Below are positions 47,174 to 55,906 of a DNA stretch of 64,000 nucleotides, piece after piece. The stretch is from Eubacteriales bacterium. Its GTDB lineage: Bacteria > Bacillota > Clostridia > Oscillospirales > CAG-272. The stretch is from NCBI GenBank assembly GCA_045577175.1, contig JAZNHT010000037.1:19328-83327 (forward strand). The letters are read 5' to 3'. Numbering within the stretch: the stretch's first letter is position 1; every line of letters begins with the position of its first letter. Both the position numbers and the translations under genes were made by a program. The notes beneath the pieces are model-generated. The model was not told the DNA's origin. It made no database searches and saw nothing but the letters and a program-made list of their open reading frames with translations.

Positions 47174-47198
47174 AAAAGCGCGCCTCGTGCGCGTTTTT
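47174..47198 (+). terminator. intrinsic terminator after the ferredoxin gene
   Basis: aaaaGCGCGC-ctcgt-GCGCGtttttt. Confidence 0.75.
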
Positions 47199-47227
47199 TG
47201 TTGTTCATTTCATAAAGGCGGTGCTAC

Positions 47228-48031
47228 ATGAACACTTTTGCGGGCGAAATGCCGCTTACAAGGGACGGAGAAAGGATTGATGAAATCAACGAAAACCTCC
47301 GTCTCATACAAAAAATCGGCGGACTGACCTTCGGCACGGATGCGTACCTGCTCTCCGCTTTTGCGAAGGAGTGCGAAAGCGGCACACTTGCCGATCTCGG
47401 CAGCGGAACAGGCGTTGCTTCCCTGCTCTGTTTAACACGGAATAAATATCGCCGCGCATTCGCCGTGGAGCTTCAGGATGAGTTCTGCGATCTGATCGCA
47501 CGAAATGCGGAAATGAACCGTCTTGGTGAGCGTGTGACCGTTCTTCACAAGGATGTGCGCGAACTCACACAGGCGGATACCGGCGGTACCGTTTCCGCGG
47601 TTATTTCAAATCCGCCGTACATGCCTGCCGGTGCAGGCATCACGGGTGCTGATCTCCGCATGGAGACGGCACGGCGTGAGCTGAACGGCACGATTGCGGA
47701 TTTCTGCAATGCCGCCGCACGGATTCTGACAACGGGCGGACTGTTTTACACCGTTTTCCGCCCTGACAGACTACCCGAGCTAATGACGGCTCTGCGCGAA
47801 GCGCGACTTGAGCCGAAGCGCATGATAACTGTCTATCCCGACACGGAAAGCCGTCCGTGCCTCGTCCTTGTCGAATCCAAAAAAGACGCAGCACCGTCGC
47901 TCATCCAGTCGCCGCCGTTGATTATCTATAAAAGCCCGACCGAGCGCGTCTATACGGATGCCGTGACGCGCGTTTATGATACGTTCTCTCTTGAGTTTTT
48001 ATTCGCGCCAAAGAAAGGAGCAGACCGATGA
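47228..48031 (+). CDS. SAM-dependent N6-adenine methyltransferase (YabB/TrmN6-like)
   Basis: SAM motif LADLGSGTG and motif IV NPPY (VISNPPYMP). It occupies the position of Bacillus yabB. Confidence 0.75.
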   Translation: MNTFAGEMPLTRDGERIDEINENLRLIQKIGGLTFGTDAYLLSAFAKECESGTLADLGSGTGVASLLCLTRNKYRRAFAVELQDEFCDLIARNAEMNRLGERVTVLHKDVRELTQADTGGTVSAVISNPPYMPAGAGITGADLRMETARRELNGTIADFCNAAARILTTGGLFYTVFRPDRLPELMTALREARLEPKRMITVYPDTESRPCLVLVESKKDAAPSLIQSPPLIIYKSPTERVYTDAVTRVYDTFSLEFLFAPKKGADR

Positions 48032-48888
48032 CAGAAAAAAACAAAACAGTGGGCGGCACGCTCTATCTTGTCGCAACACCGATCGGCAACCGTGCCGATA
48101 TTTCCGAACGGGCGCTGAAGGTGCTCTCCGAGGTGGATTTTATCGCCGCAGAGGATACGCGCAATTCCGGACTGCTCCTTTCCCACTACGGCATCTCCAA
48201 GCCGTTTGTCAGCTATCACGAGCACAACAAGCACGAGCGCGGCGAGCATATCGCCAAACGGCTTGAAAGCGGTGAATCCTGCGCGCTGATTACGGACGCC
48301 GGCACGCCCGCGATCAGTGATCCGGGTGAGGATATTGTAGCCCTGTGCGCAAAACGCTCAATCCCCGTATCGTCCGTTCCGGGCGCGTGTGCCGCTGTCA
48401 CCGCGCTGTCCATGTCCGCGCTTCCGACAAGACGGTTTGTGTTTGAAGGCTTCCTGCCGCCCGATAAAGGCGAGCGACGCCAAAGGCTTGCTTTACTCGC
48501 AAATGAAACGCGCACGGTCATTTTGTACGAAGCTCCGCACAAGCTCCGCCGCACGCTTTCCGATATGCTTGCCGCATGGGGCGACAGACGGATTTCCCTC
48601 TGCCGTGAGCTTACTAAGCTGAATGAGGAGGTCATCCGCACGACGATTGCGGATGCGGTGCGCCTGTATGAGGAAACCGAGCCGCGCGGTGAATACGTGC
48701 TCGTCATCGATGGGACATCGGAAACAGGGACTGCAGAAGAATATCCCGAGGATCCCGAAGCGCACGTGCAATCGCTCATAGATGAAGGACTATCCCGTAT
48801 GGACGCAATCAAAGCGGCGGCAAAAGCACGCGGACTTAGCAAGGGAGTTTTTTACAAACAACTCCTTTCCGAAAATGACACAGAATAA
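48028..48888 (+). CDS. rsmI: 16S rRNA (cytidine1402-2'-O)-methyltransferase
   Basis: N-terminal GTLYLVATPIGN and TDAGTPAISDPG motifs. ATGA overlap with the upstream gene. Confidence 0.9.
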   Translation: MTEKNKTVGGTLYLVATPIGNRADISERALKVLSEVDFIAAEDTRNSGLLLSHYGISKPFVSYHEHNKHERGEHIAKRLESGESCALITDAGTPAISDPGEDIVALCAKRSIPVSSVPGACAAVTALSMSALPTRRFVFEGFLPPDKGERRQRLALLANETRTVILYEAPHKLRRTLSDMLAAWGDRRISLCRELTKLNEEVIRTTIADAVRLYEETEPRGEYVLVIDGTSETGTAEEYPEDPEAHVQSLIDEGLSRMDAIKAAAKARGLSKGVFYKQLLSENDTE

Positions 48889-49004
48889 TTCGCGAAATTT
48901 CACAAAAAACGCGCTCTGCCTCTTGTAAGATGCGCGTTTTTCTGATATAATAATAGAATAGATTTCCATATACAAAAAGTCTCAGCGATGAGAGGAGAAA
49001 TATC

Positions 49005-50957
49005 ATGCCGAACAAAGAAAAGTTTTACATCACCACAGCGATTGCGTATGCGTCCTCCAAGCCGCATTTCGGCAACACCTACGAGATCATCATGACGGAC
49101 GCCATCGCACGCTACAAGCGTCAGAGAGGCTACGACGTGCATTTTCTGACAGGCACGGATGAGCACGGTCAGAAGATCGAAACGCGTGCGCTTGAGGCAG
49201 GCATTACGCCGAAGGAGTACGTGGACAAGGTGGCAGGAGAGATCCGCCGCATCTGGGATCTGATGGACACGACGTACGATCATTTCATCCGCACGACGGA
49301 CGATTACCACGAAAAAGCCGTCGCCCGTATGTTCAAGAAAATGTACGACAAGGGCGACATCTACAAGGGTCACTACGAGGGCTGGTACTGCACGCCGTGC
49401 GAATCCTTCTTCACGGATACACAGCTTTCTGACGGCAAGTGCCCCGACTGCGGACGCGAGGTCAAAAAAGCCAAGGAGGAAGCGTATTTCTTCCGTATGA
49501 GCAAGTACGCCGACCGTCTCATGGAGCATTTTGAGACACATCCCGAATTCCTTCAGCCGGAATCGCGCAAAAAGGAAATGATTAACAACTTTTTGAAGCC
49601 TGGGCTCCAGGATCTGTGCGTTTCCCGCACCTCGTTCAAGTGGGGTATCCCCGTTGAATTTGATCCGAATCACGTCATCTACGTCTGGCTGGATGCACTC
49701 ACGAACTACATCACCGCGCTCGGCTACGATCCCGAGAACATCGACCAGCCCGAGCTCTACAAGAAAAACTGGCCCGTTGACGTGCACATCATCGGTAAGG
49801 ACATCGTCCGTTTCCACTCGATTTACTGGCCGATCTTCCTTATGTCGCTCGATCTGCCCTTGCCGAAGAGCATTTTCGGTCACCCGTGGTTTATCTCGGG
49901 TGCAGACAAAATGAGTAAGTCCCGCGGCAACGTGATCTATGCGGATGAGCTTGCACGGAAAATCTCCGTTGACGGTGTTCGCTACTACGCACTCGCCGAG
50001 ATGCCGTACGCAAACGACGGTTCGATCACCTATGAAAACGTGGTAAACCGCTACAACACCGATCTCGCAAACAATCTCGGCAACCTTGTCAGCCGTACTG
50101 TTGCGATGACGAAGAAGTATTTCGACGGCGTAATCCCCGCGCCCGGTGCGGATGAAGGCACGGATGCCGAGCTGAAGGCACTCGCGCTCTCGACCGTTCA
50201 GGAGTTTACCGCTCAGATGGATACCTACCATATCGCGGATGCAATCGAAGCAGTCGTTGCCCTGCTCCGCCGCACGAACAAGTATATCGATGAAACTACC
50301 CCGTGGTCGCTTGCAAAGGATCCCGCATCCATGCCGAGACTCGGTACGGTTATGTACAACCTGCTTGAGTGTATCCGCTTCGCCGCCATTCTGCTGGAGC
50401 CTGTCATGCCGTCCACAGCAAAGGCAATCTACGCACAGATTGGCGCGGATGCAGTCGATTACGATTCTCTCACCGCATTCGGCGGCATGAAGGTCGGCGC
50501 ATCCGTTGGCGAAGCAACGCCTCTGTTTGCACGCATCGACGAGAAGAAATTCATGGAAGAAATCGAAGCCGAAATCGCCGCAAAGCAGGCGGAAGCCGAG
50601 AAAGCCTCCAAAGCCATCGAGAAGCCCGAAGGTGTTGCACAGATCGGCATTGAGGATTTCATGGGCGTAGAGCTTCGCACGGCACAAATCATTGCCTGCG
50701 AGAAGGTACCGAAGGCGAAGAAACTTCTGAAGCTGCAAATAGATCTCGGCTACGAAAAGAGACAGGTCGTATCCGGCATTGCGAAATTCTATGAGCCGGA
50801 GGCTCTGATCGGCAAAAAGATCATTCTTGTCGCTAATTTGAAGCCTGCCGTTCTCTGCGGTATCGAAAGTAACGGCATGATCCTTGCCTCCGGCGAGGAA
50901 GAAATCCGCGTGGTATTCCTCTCTGAGGATACGCCGCTCGGCGAGCGCGTCCGCTGA
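49005..50957 (+). CDS. metG: methionine--tRNA ligase with a C-terminal tRNA-binding domain
   Basis: HIGH-type PHFGNTYE, KMSKS (DKMSKSRG), a CPxC...CPDC Zn knuckle and an EMAP-like C-terminus. Confidence 0.95.
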   Translation: MPNKEKFYITTAIAYASSKPHFGNTYEIIMTDAIARYKRQRGYDVHFLTGTDEHGQKIETRALEAGITPKEYVDKVAGEIRRIWDLMDTTYDHFIRTTDDYHEKAVARMFKKMYDKGDIYKGHYEGWYCTPCESFFTDTQLSDGKCPDCGREVKKAKEEAYFFRMSKYADRLMEHFETHPEFLQPESRKKEMINNFLKPGLQDLCVSRTSFKWGIPVEFDPNHVIYVWLDALTNYITALGYDPENIDQPELYKKNWPVDVHIIGKDIVRFHSIYWPIFLMSLDLPLPKSIFGHPWFISGADKMSKSRGNVIYADELARKISVDGVRYYALAEMPYANDGSITYENVVNRYNTDLANNLGNLVSRTVAMTKKYFDGVIPAPGADEGTDAELKALALSTVQEFTAQMDTYHIADAIEAVVALLRRTNKYIDETTPWSLAKDPASMPRLGTVMYNLLECIRFAAILLEPVMPSTAKAIYAQIGADAVDYDSLTAFGGMKVGASVGEATPLFARIDEKKFMEEIEAEIAAKQAEAEKASKAIEKPEGVAQIGIEDFMGVELRTAQIIACEKVPKAKKLLKLQIDLGYEKRQVVSGIAKFYEPEALIGKKIILVANLKPAVLCGIESNGMILASGEEEIRVVFLSEDTPLGERVR

Positions 50958-51748
50958 TGGATACGCCCGTGTTTTTTGATTCCCATGCGCACTACTTCGA
51001 CGACCGTTTTTTGAAATATGACGGCGGTGCCGAGGCGGCAATCCGTGACGCAATGGATGTGGGGATCGGGTACATTCTGAACGCAGGAACGACGCCGGAA
51101 ACATCCCGCGCGGCAATTCGGCTGGCGGAAACGCATGACGGTTTGTATGCCGCTGCAGGTCTGCATCCGAGCGATTCGCACGATGTGAGCGACGCCGATC
51201 TTCCGTCGGTGCTTGATGAAATCCGCACGCTCTGTTCCCGTGAAAAGGTTGTTGCACTCGGTGAGATCGGGCTGGATTACTACTGGGACGATTCACAGAA
51301 AGGTCGCCAAAAATCGATTTTCGACGCTCAGCTTTCGATGGCGGAGGAGCTCGATCTTCCCGTAATCATTCATGATCGTGATGCGCACGGCGATACGATG
51401 GATATTCTTCGCGCGCATCCGAACGTGCGCGGTGTCCTGCACAGCTTCAGCGGCAGTTCCGAGATGGCGCGACAGCTTTTGAAAAACGGCTGGTACATCT
51501 CGTTTTCAGGACCGATCACGTACAAAAACGCACGATCTATCCGCGAGGTTGCCGCAAGTGTGCCGCTTGATCGGATTCTGATTGAAACGGATGCACCGTA
51601 TCTGCCGCCCGAGCCGCACCGCGGCAAGATCAATTTTTCGGGATATCTTCCCTTCACGGCAAAGGCCGTTGCAGATGTAAAAGAGTGCTCGCTTGAGGTG
51701 ATCGCACGGCAGACGACCGAAAACGCGAAAGCGTTATTTGGATTATAA
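50957..51748 (+). CDS. tatD: TatD family metal-dependent hydrolase
   Basis: FDSHAH, EIGLDY, HDRDAH and ETDAPYL motifs. TGATG overlap with metG. Confidence 0.9.
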   Translation: MDTPVFFDSHAHYFDDRFLKYDGGAEAAIRDAMDVGIGYILNAGTTPETSRAAIRLAETHDGLYAAAGLHPSDSHDVSDADLPSVLDEIRTLCSREKVVALGEIGLDYYWDDSQKGRQKSIFDAQLSMAEELDLPVIIHDRDAHGDTMDILRAHPNVRGVLHSFSGSSEMARQLLKNGWYISFSGPITYKNARSIREVAASVPLDRILIETDAPYLPPEPHRGKINFSGYLPFTAKAVADVKECSLEVIARQTTENAKALFGL

Positions 51749-51750
51749 CG

Positions 51751-51786
51751 AAAACCCACCGCAAATACAGCGGTGGGTTTTCTTTA
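51751..51786 (+). terminator. intrinsic terminator after tatD
   Basis: aaAACCCACCGC-aaataca-GCGGTGGGTTttctttat. Confidence 0.85.
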
Positions 51787-52023
51787 TCAAATTTGAATCG
51801 GATAATCCCCGTATCCCATACAGCAGGAATGATCAATCCATATAAGTCGCTGCATTTCGAGTGTCGCAAGCAGGATACAAAGACAGGTATGATATTCCAA
51901 GCGTATCTCATGTTGTGAGTACATAATACCATACGGATAGCCAAAAGTAAACAACCTGTTGCGCGACCAACACAACCAACGGTTGGGACGCAAAACGGAA
52001 GAAAAACCACTGATCGATTTTGC

Positions 52024-53208
52024 TCAGTGCACAATCCGCGGACTTTGCTTCACGAAATAATCCGCCACGCGTCCGCACGGGATACAGAGCGTATACAGCC
52101 TGTCAGCGTTCAGCGTGTGGGTATATTGCGCCTGTAAATCGGACGGAAGATCACGGCACGCCGCAGGCTTTGTAAGAATCGAAAGCGGCGTTTTTTTGCG
52201 GATAGATGAAAGATACGCACACCCGATTTCGTTTGCAGCGAGGACGGTTGTCACCTGCGGAGTCTCGCGCAGAATCCCGGGCGCAATTTTCGTGAGATAA
52301 TACAGAAGCACGCGGCGGATGCGAGCGTTCGTGTATTTCTTTGTAGCTGACAATGTGAGCATTTCCGCAGGCGTCTGCGCTTTTTGCGCCGCACGATGGA
52401 TGCGCCGGAACAAGCCGCCTTCCCCCTCTGCGATCTCGATAGCAAACGGTGATAAATCCGTTCTGAGGACACGGAAAGCCGTGTCTGTCAAAATATCGGG
52501 AGCCGCCAAGGCTCGCTCATCGGTGGCACTGCGGAGTGCATCAAAAACAAACGGTGGGACACTTGAGCGAATTTCATCAAAATCACCGTTCTTCAATTTC
52601 GCACGGATCGCGGTTGCGCTTTGAAAATCCGCGTCAGCGTCCGCTGTCAGCCGTGTGACCGCCTGCGGCTGAATACGGTAGTTGGCGCGGCGGATTTGCA
52701 AAAGATACTCAATTGCCAAAATGTCGTTCGGCGAACGCAAAAGATCGGCAAATTCATCGCCGAGCTTTGATTTTAGGCAATCCTCGCGCACCTGCGCAAT
52801 TCCCCGGGAAATATCCTCACCGGAGGTGCGTTGACAGATTTCCTCCTGCATGGACGGATCGAGGAAAACGTCTGCTGCGCGGGAGATTTTTAAAAAATTC
52901 TCTGCGCCGATTCCAAAAGTCAGTGTGTCGGCAAAAATATTTTCGGCAATCGCCGCCCCTGCTTTTGCAAAGTATTCTGCACTTGCAGCGCACCACGGAA
53001 ACGGCAATTCCAACACAAGATCGGCGCCTGCCAAAATCGCATACTCAGCTCTTCTGTATTTGTCTAAAACAGCCGGAATCGCACGCTGAACAAAATTGCC
53101 GCTCATAATTGCAACAACACAGTCCGCGCTCTTTCGCATCTCGGAAAGAATGTGCATATGACCGCGGTGCAGTGGGTTAAATTCACAGATTACAGCCGAT
53201 GTCCTCAT
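52024..53208 (-). CDS. tmcAL: tRNA(Met) cytidine acetate ligase (YlbM/UPF0348 nucleotidyltransferase)
   Basis: N-terminal ICEFNPLHRGHMH (HxGH) and MSGNFVQRAIP. 394 aa. Confidence 0.8.
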   Translation of the reverse strand: MRTSAVICEFNPLHRGHMHILSEMRKSADCVVAIMSGNFVQRAIPAVLDKYRRAEYAILAGADLVLELPFPWCAASAEYFAKAGAAIAENIFADTLTFGIGAENFLKISRAADVFLDPSMQEEICQRTSGEDISRGIAQVREDCLKSKLGDEFADLLRSPNDILAIEYLLQIRRANYRIQPQAVTRLTADADADFQSATAIRAKLKNGDFDEIRSSVPPFVFDALRSATDERALAAPDILTDTAFRVLRTDLSPFAIEIAEGEGGLFRRIHRAAQKAQTPAEMLTLSATKKYTNARIRRVLLYYLTKIAPGILRETPQVTTVLAANEIGCAYLSSIRKKTPLSILTKPAACRDLPSDLQAQYTHTLNADRLYTLCIPCGRVADYFVKQSPRIVH

Positions 53209-54956
53209 TTTTCTCTGAGCCTTTCCACCGTTTCGGCATCCGGTGTGACATACGCCGTCCAGTTGGTCGTGTAGATCACAAATCCGGGCTTTGCGCCTGC
53301 AGGCTTTTTCACGTAGCGGACGCGCGTATAATCGACAGGAACCATCGTGCCGCCTGCCGATTTGGAGTAGTGCGCGGCGATCATCGCCGCTTCCGTGAAA
53401 TCACGCTCCGTCGGTTCGTCATCCACACCGGATGATTCCAATGTTACATGCGATCCGGCTTGATTTTTCACATGGAACCACCAATCGGAACGCTCGGCGA
53501 GCTTGGTTGTGAGGTAATCGTTTGCAGTATTGTTCTTGCCGCAAAGCACACGTCTGCCGTCCGTTGTTCTGAATTTCAAAACGGTCGGTGCGGTCTGTTT
53601 TTTTACTGTGTAATTTTTCATACGCGACGCATATCCGCTGTGGTATAGCTCGTCACGGATCTCGCTCAGCTCGCGCTCTGTTTCCGCACTGGAAAGCGCA
53701 TCCTGCACCGTCTGAATGTACAAAAGCTCCGCGCGGCTGTTCTCAATCTGGACGGAAAGATGCTCCTTGGCACTTTTGGATTTCGCGTACTTTTTGTAAT
53801 ATTTCTGTGCATTCTGCGACGGTGTCAGCGCGGTGTCAAGTTCCACGCGCACAGTGGCACCGTCCTCGTAATAATTTTCCAGCTCCGCCGATGAATCGCC
53901 CTTTTTCAAGCGGTAGATGTTCGCTGTAATGAGATCGCCGTACAGACGGAATTTCTCGCCATCCTCACAATCGGAAAGCTCCGTGCTCTGTACGGAAATT
54001 TTTCGGTTGATACGCGCTTCTGCGGCTGAAAGAATCCGCAAAATATCCGATGCGCGCTGTGAAAGCATATCGTGTCGGCTTCGCTCGGCAAAATACGAGT
54101 CAATCAGTGCGGAAAAGCCGGGCAACGTGACCGTCTCCAGCGAATCTCCGTACTGCCCGACGGGGAGAAAGCAATATTCCTTCGGTGCACCTTCTGCTGT
54201 ACGGACAAGCGTGGGCACTCCCGTATGATTGCGCACTGTATCGCAAAAGAACGAAAACTCGCGCCACAGCGTATCGGCGCAATCGCAAAGTACTGCATCC
54301 ACTCCACCCGCGCGGTAAGCAATCTCCCGTGCGACGAGAGACGAAACGCCGGCAAACGAGGATAGGATAAACTTATGCGCAAGCGTGTCAAGCCCTGCCT
54401 GAGATGCCATACGGTTAAACTCGCTTTCCGTAACGGTCAGCGGATCGGCTTTCTCCTGCTTCGGCGGCAATTCATACTGCATCCCGGGCAAAAGCTGACG
54501 TTTTTCGCTCGTGGTGAAATCGACACTTTTCAGAAGTCCGATGATTTTATCCTCCGCATTTGTGAGGATCAGATTGCTGTACTTGCCCATGATCTCAGCG
54601 ATCAGGTGCTTCTCCGTTTTGAACCCCATCTCATCGTATGTTTCAAACGTGAGACGTGCCGCACGCTCAAATCCAAGCTGCTCCGTGCGGATGAGCTTCG
54701 CGCCGCCGAGATGCTTACGGAGCATCATGCAGAACATCGGCGGCGTTGCCGGATTCTCCGATTTCTCCGATGTGATGCACATACGGGGAGACGACGGACC
54801 TGCGTTAACAAGAAGGCGGTGTGTACCGCCTCCGTTTTTCATAATCAGCACGATCATGTCCTTTTGCGGCATATGGATTTTCTCGATCTTTCCTCCGCCG
54901 AGCGTCTCTGAAATCTCGTGCAGAATACAGGCAAGCATTCCTGCGTCAAAAGCCAT
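53205..54956 (-). CDS. rqcH: ribosome quality-control protein RqcH (NFACT / FbpA family)
   Basis: NFACT-N start MAFDAGML...I.KIHMPQKD, a central coiled coil and the C-terminal NFACT-R (WWFHVKNQAGSHV). The start is set at the internal ATG. Confidence 0.85.
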   Translation of the reverse strand: MAFDAGMLACILHEISETLGGGKIEKIHMPQKDMIVLIMKNGGGTHRLLVNAGPSSPRMCITSEKSENPATPPMFCMMLRKHLGGAKLIRTEQLGFERAARLTFETYDEMGFKTEKHLIAEIMGKYSNLILTNAEDKIIGLLKSVDFTTSEKRQLLPGMQYELPPKQEKADPLTVTESEFNRMASQAGLDTLAHKFILSSFAGVSSLVAREIAYRAGGVDAVLCDCADTLWREFSFFCDTVRNHTGVPTLVRTAEGAPKEYCFLPVGQYGDSLETVTLPGFSALIDSYFAERSRHDMLSQRASDILRILSAAEARINRKISVQSTELSDCEDGEKFRLYGDLITANIYRLKKGDSSAELENYYEDGATVRVELDTALTPSQNAQKYYKKYAKSKSAKEHLSVQIENSRAELLYIQTVQDALSSAETERELSEIRDELYHSGYASRMKNYTVKKQTAPTVLKFRTTDGRRVLCGKNNTANDYLTTKLAERSDWWFHVKNQAGSHVTLESSGVDDEPTERDFTEAAMIAAHYSKSAGGTMVPVDYTRVRYVKKPAGAKPGFVIYTTNWTAYVTPDAETVERLREK

Positions 54957-54958
54957 TT

Positions 54959-55675
54959 TTACTCCTCCCCGCGTCTGTCTTCGCGGTAACAAACAAAATT
55001 ATACTCCATCGACGTCTCCGTAAATCCCGCTTTTGCCGCAACTCGGGCGGAGGCTTCGTTTGTGTGACGGCATTTGTACGACACCGTATAGCCGCGCGCG
55101 GTCAGCTCCTTTGCGAGTGCGGCGGCACAGGAGGATGCATATCCGCGACCTCGATGGCCGACTGCGCACTCCACGCTGATTTCAAGAAACTCCGCATCGT
55201 CAAACACATCGTTCAATGTTGCGTACGCGACGATTTTTCCGTTTTCAACGGCGATTGCACTTATATCATCCGAATCGTCCGCATCCATCTCAAGCGTATG
55301 TGTCGTCAGATTCGTGAGTGCGCCGAGATCGTCCCCGCCGCTGACAATACGTGTATTGGCAAGAACTGTCTCCGCGTTGACCTCGGCTATATCACGAATC
55401 ACAAACGTGCGGATGCGGTTGTCAATATCCCGTGACGGCTTGAAACCGTAGCGGCACATCGGTTCGGTGAGATTCTCTTTCAGAAAAGCCACCGCACTGT
55501 CAGTAAACGGATTCTCTCCATGCAGGCGGCAAAATTCCTCTGCGATACCGCGAAACGGCTCGTACACCGTGATTTCACAGTCGCCGACAAGCGGCATGGT
55601 TACGGAAAACGGAACGGCAATATCCCCCTCGGTAAGCGTAAAGTTCACAAAATCTGCGTCTTCGGTATAAATCAT
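54959..55675 (-). CDS. GNAT family N-acetyltransferase (239 aa)
   Basis: The C-terminal half carries the acetyl-CoA loop VGHRGRGYASS. The ATG at 55675 lies behind AAGGAGA. The 187 upstream codons of the track ORF are rejected. Confidence 0.7.
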   Translation of the reverse strand: MIYTEDADFVNFTLTEGDIAVPFSVTMPLVGDCEITVYEPFRGIAEEFCRLHGENPFTDSAVAFLKENLTEPMCRYGFKPSRDIDNRIRTFVIRDIAEVNAETVLANTRIVSGGDDLGALTNLTTHTLEMDADDSDDISAIAVENGKIVAYATLNDVFDDAEFLEISVECAVGHRGRGYASSCAAALAKELTARGYTVSYKCRHTNEASARVAAKAGFTETSMEYNFVCYREDRRGEE

Positions 55676-55867
55676 AGCTGTCTCCTTTTTCCGTATTTCC
55701 TCTATTTTATCACTTTGCGAAAGTTGTGTCAATAAGCGGTCGCTTGATTCCTTCAACGTGAATTGACATCTGTCGGCAAAAAGAAGGCGAGAATGTTTCA
55801 AAAATGAAAATTCTGTTTGAATTATCGGGGAAAAATCCGCTTTTCTATGGATTTTTGCTTTTGAATG

Positions 55868-55876
55868 TGATATAAT
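55868..55876 (+). promoter_or_regulatory. extended -10 element upstream of lon
   Basis: TGaTATAAT lies 31 nt upstream of the lon ATG. A second TGaTATGAT copy is at 55881-55889. Confidence 0.45.
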
Positions 55877-55906
55877 AATGTGATATGATCCCAAAGGAGT
55901 ACCTAA

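Noticed and set aside
48900-51296. 798-codon minus-strand ORF covering all of metG and part of tatD
   Set aside because: Its triplets are in register with the metG codons (51294 and 49005 are both congruent mod 3). It is therefore the codon-aligned antisense shadow frame, which stays open only because metG contains no TTA, CTA or TCA codons. Its translation is Arg/His/Cys-rich with no motifs, while the plus-strand gene carries the HIGH and KMSKS motifs.
51787-51993. 68-codon minus-strand ORF (MRPNRWLCWSRN...) in the tatD-tmcAL spacer
   Set aside because: It has no SD, a W/C/Y-rich composition atypical of real small proteins, and no recognisable motif. The spacer is reported as unexplained rather than coding.
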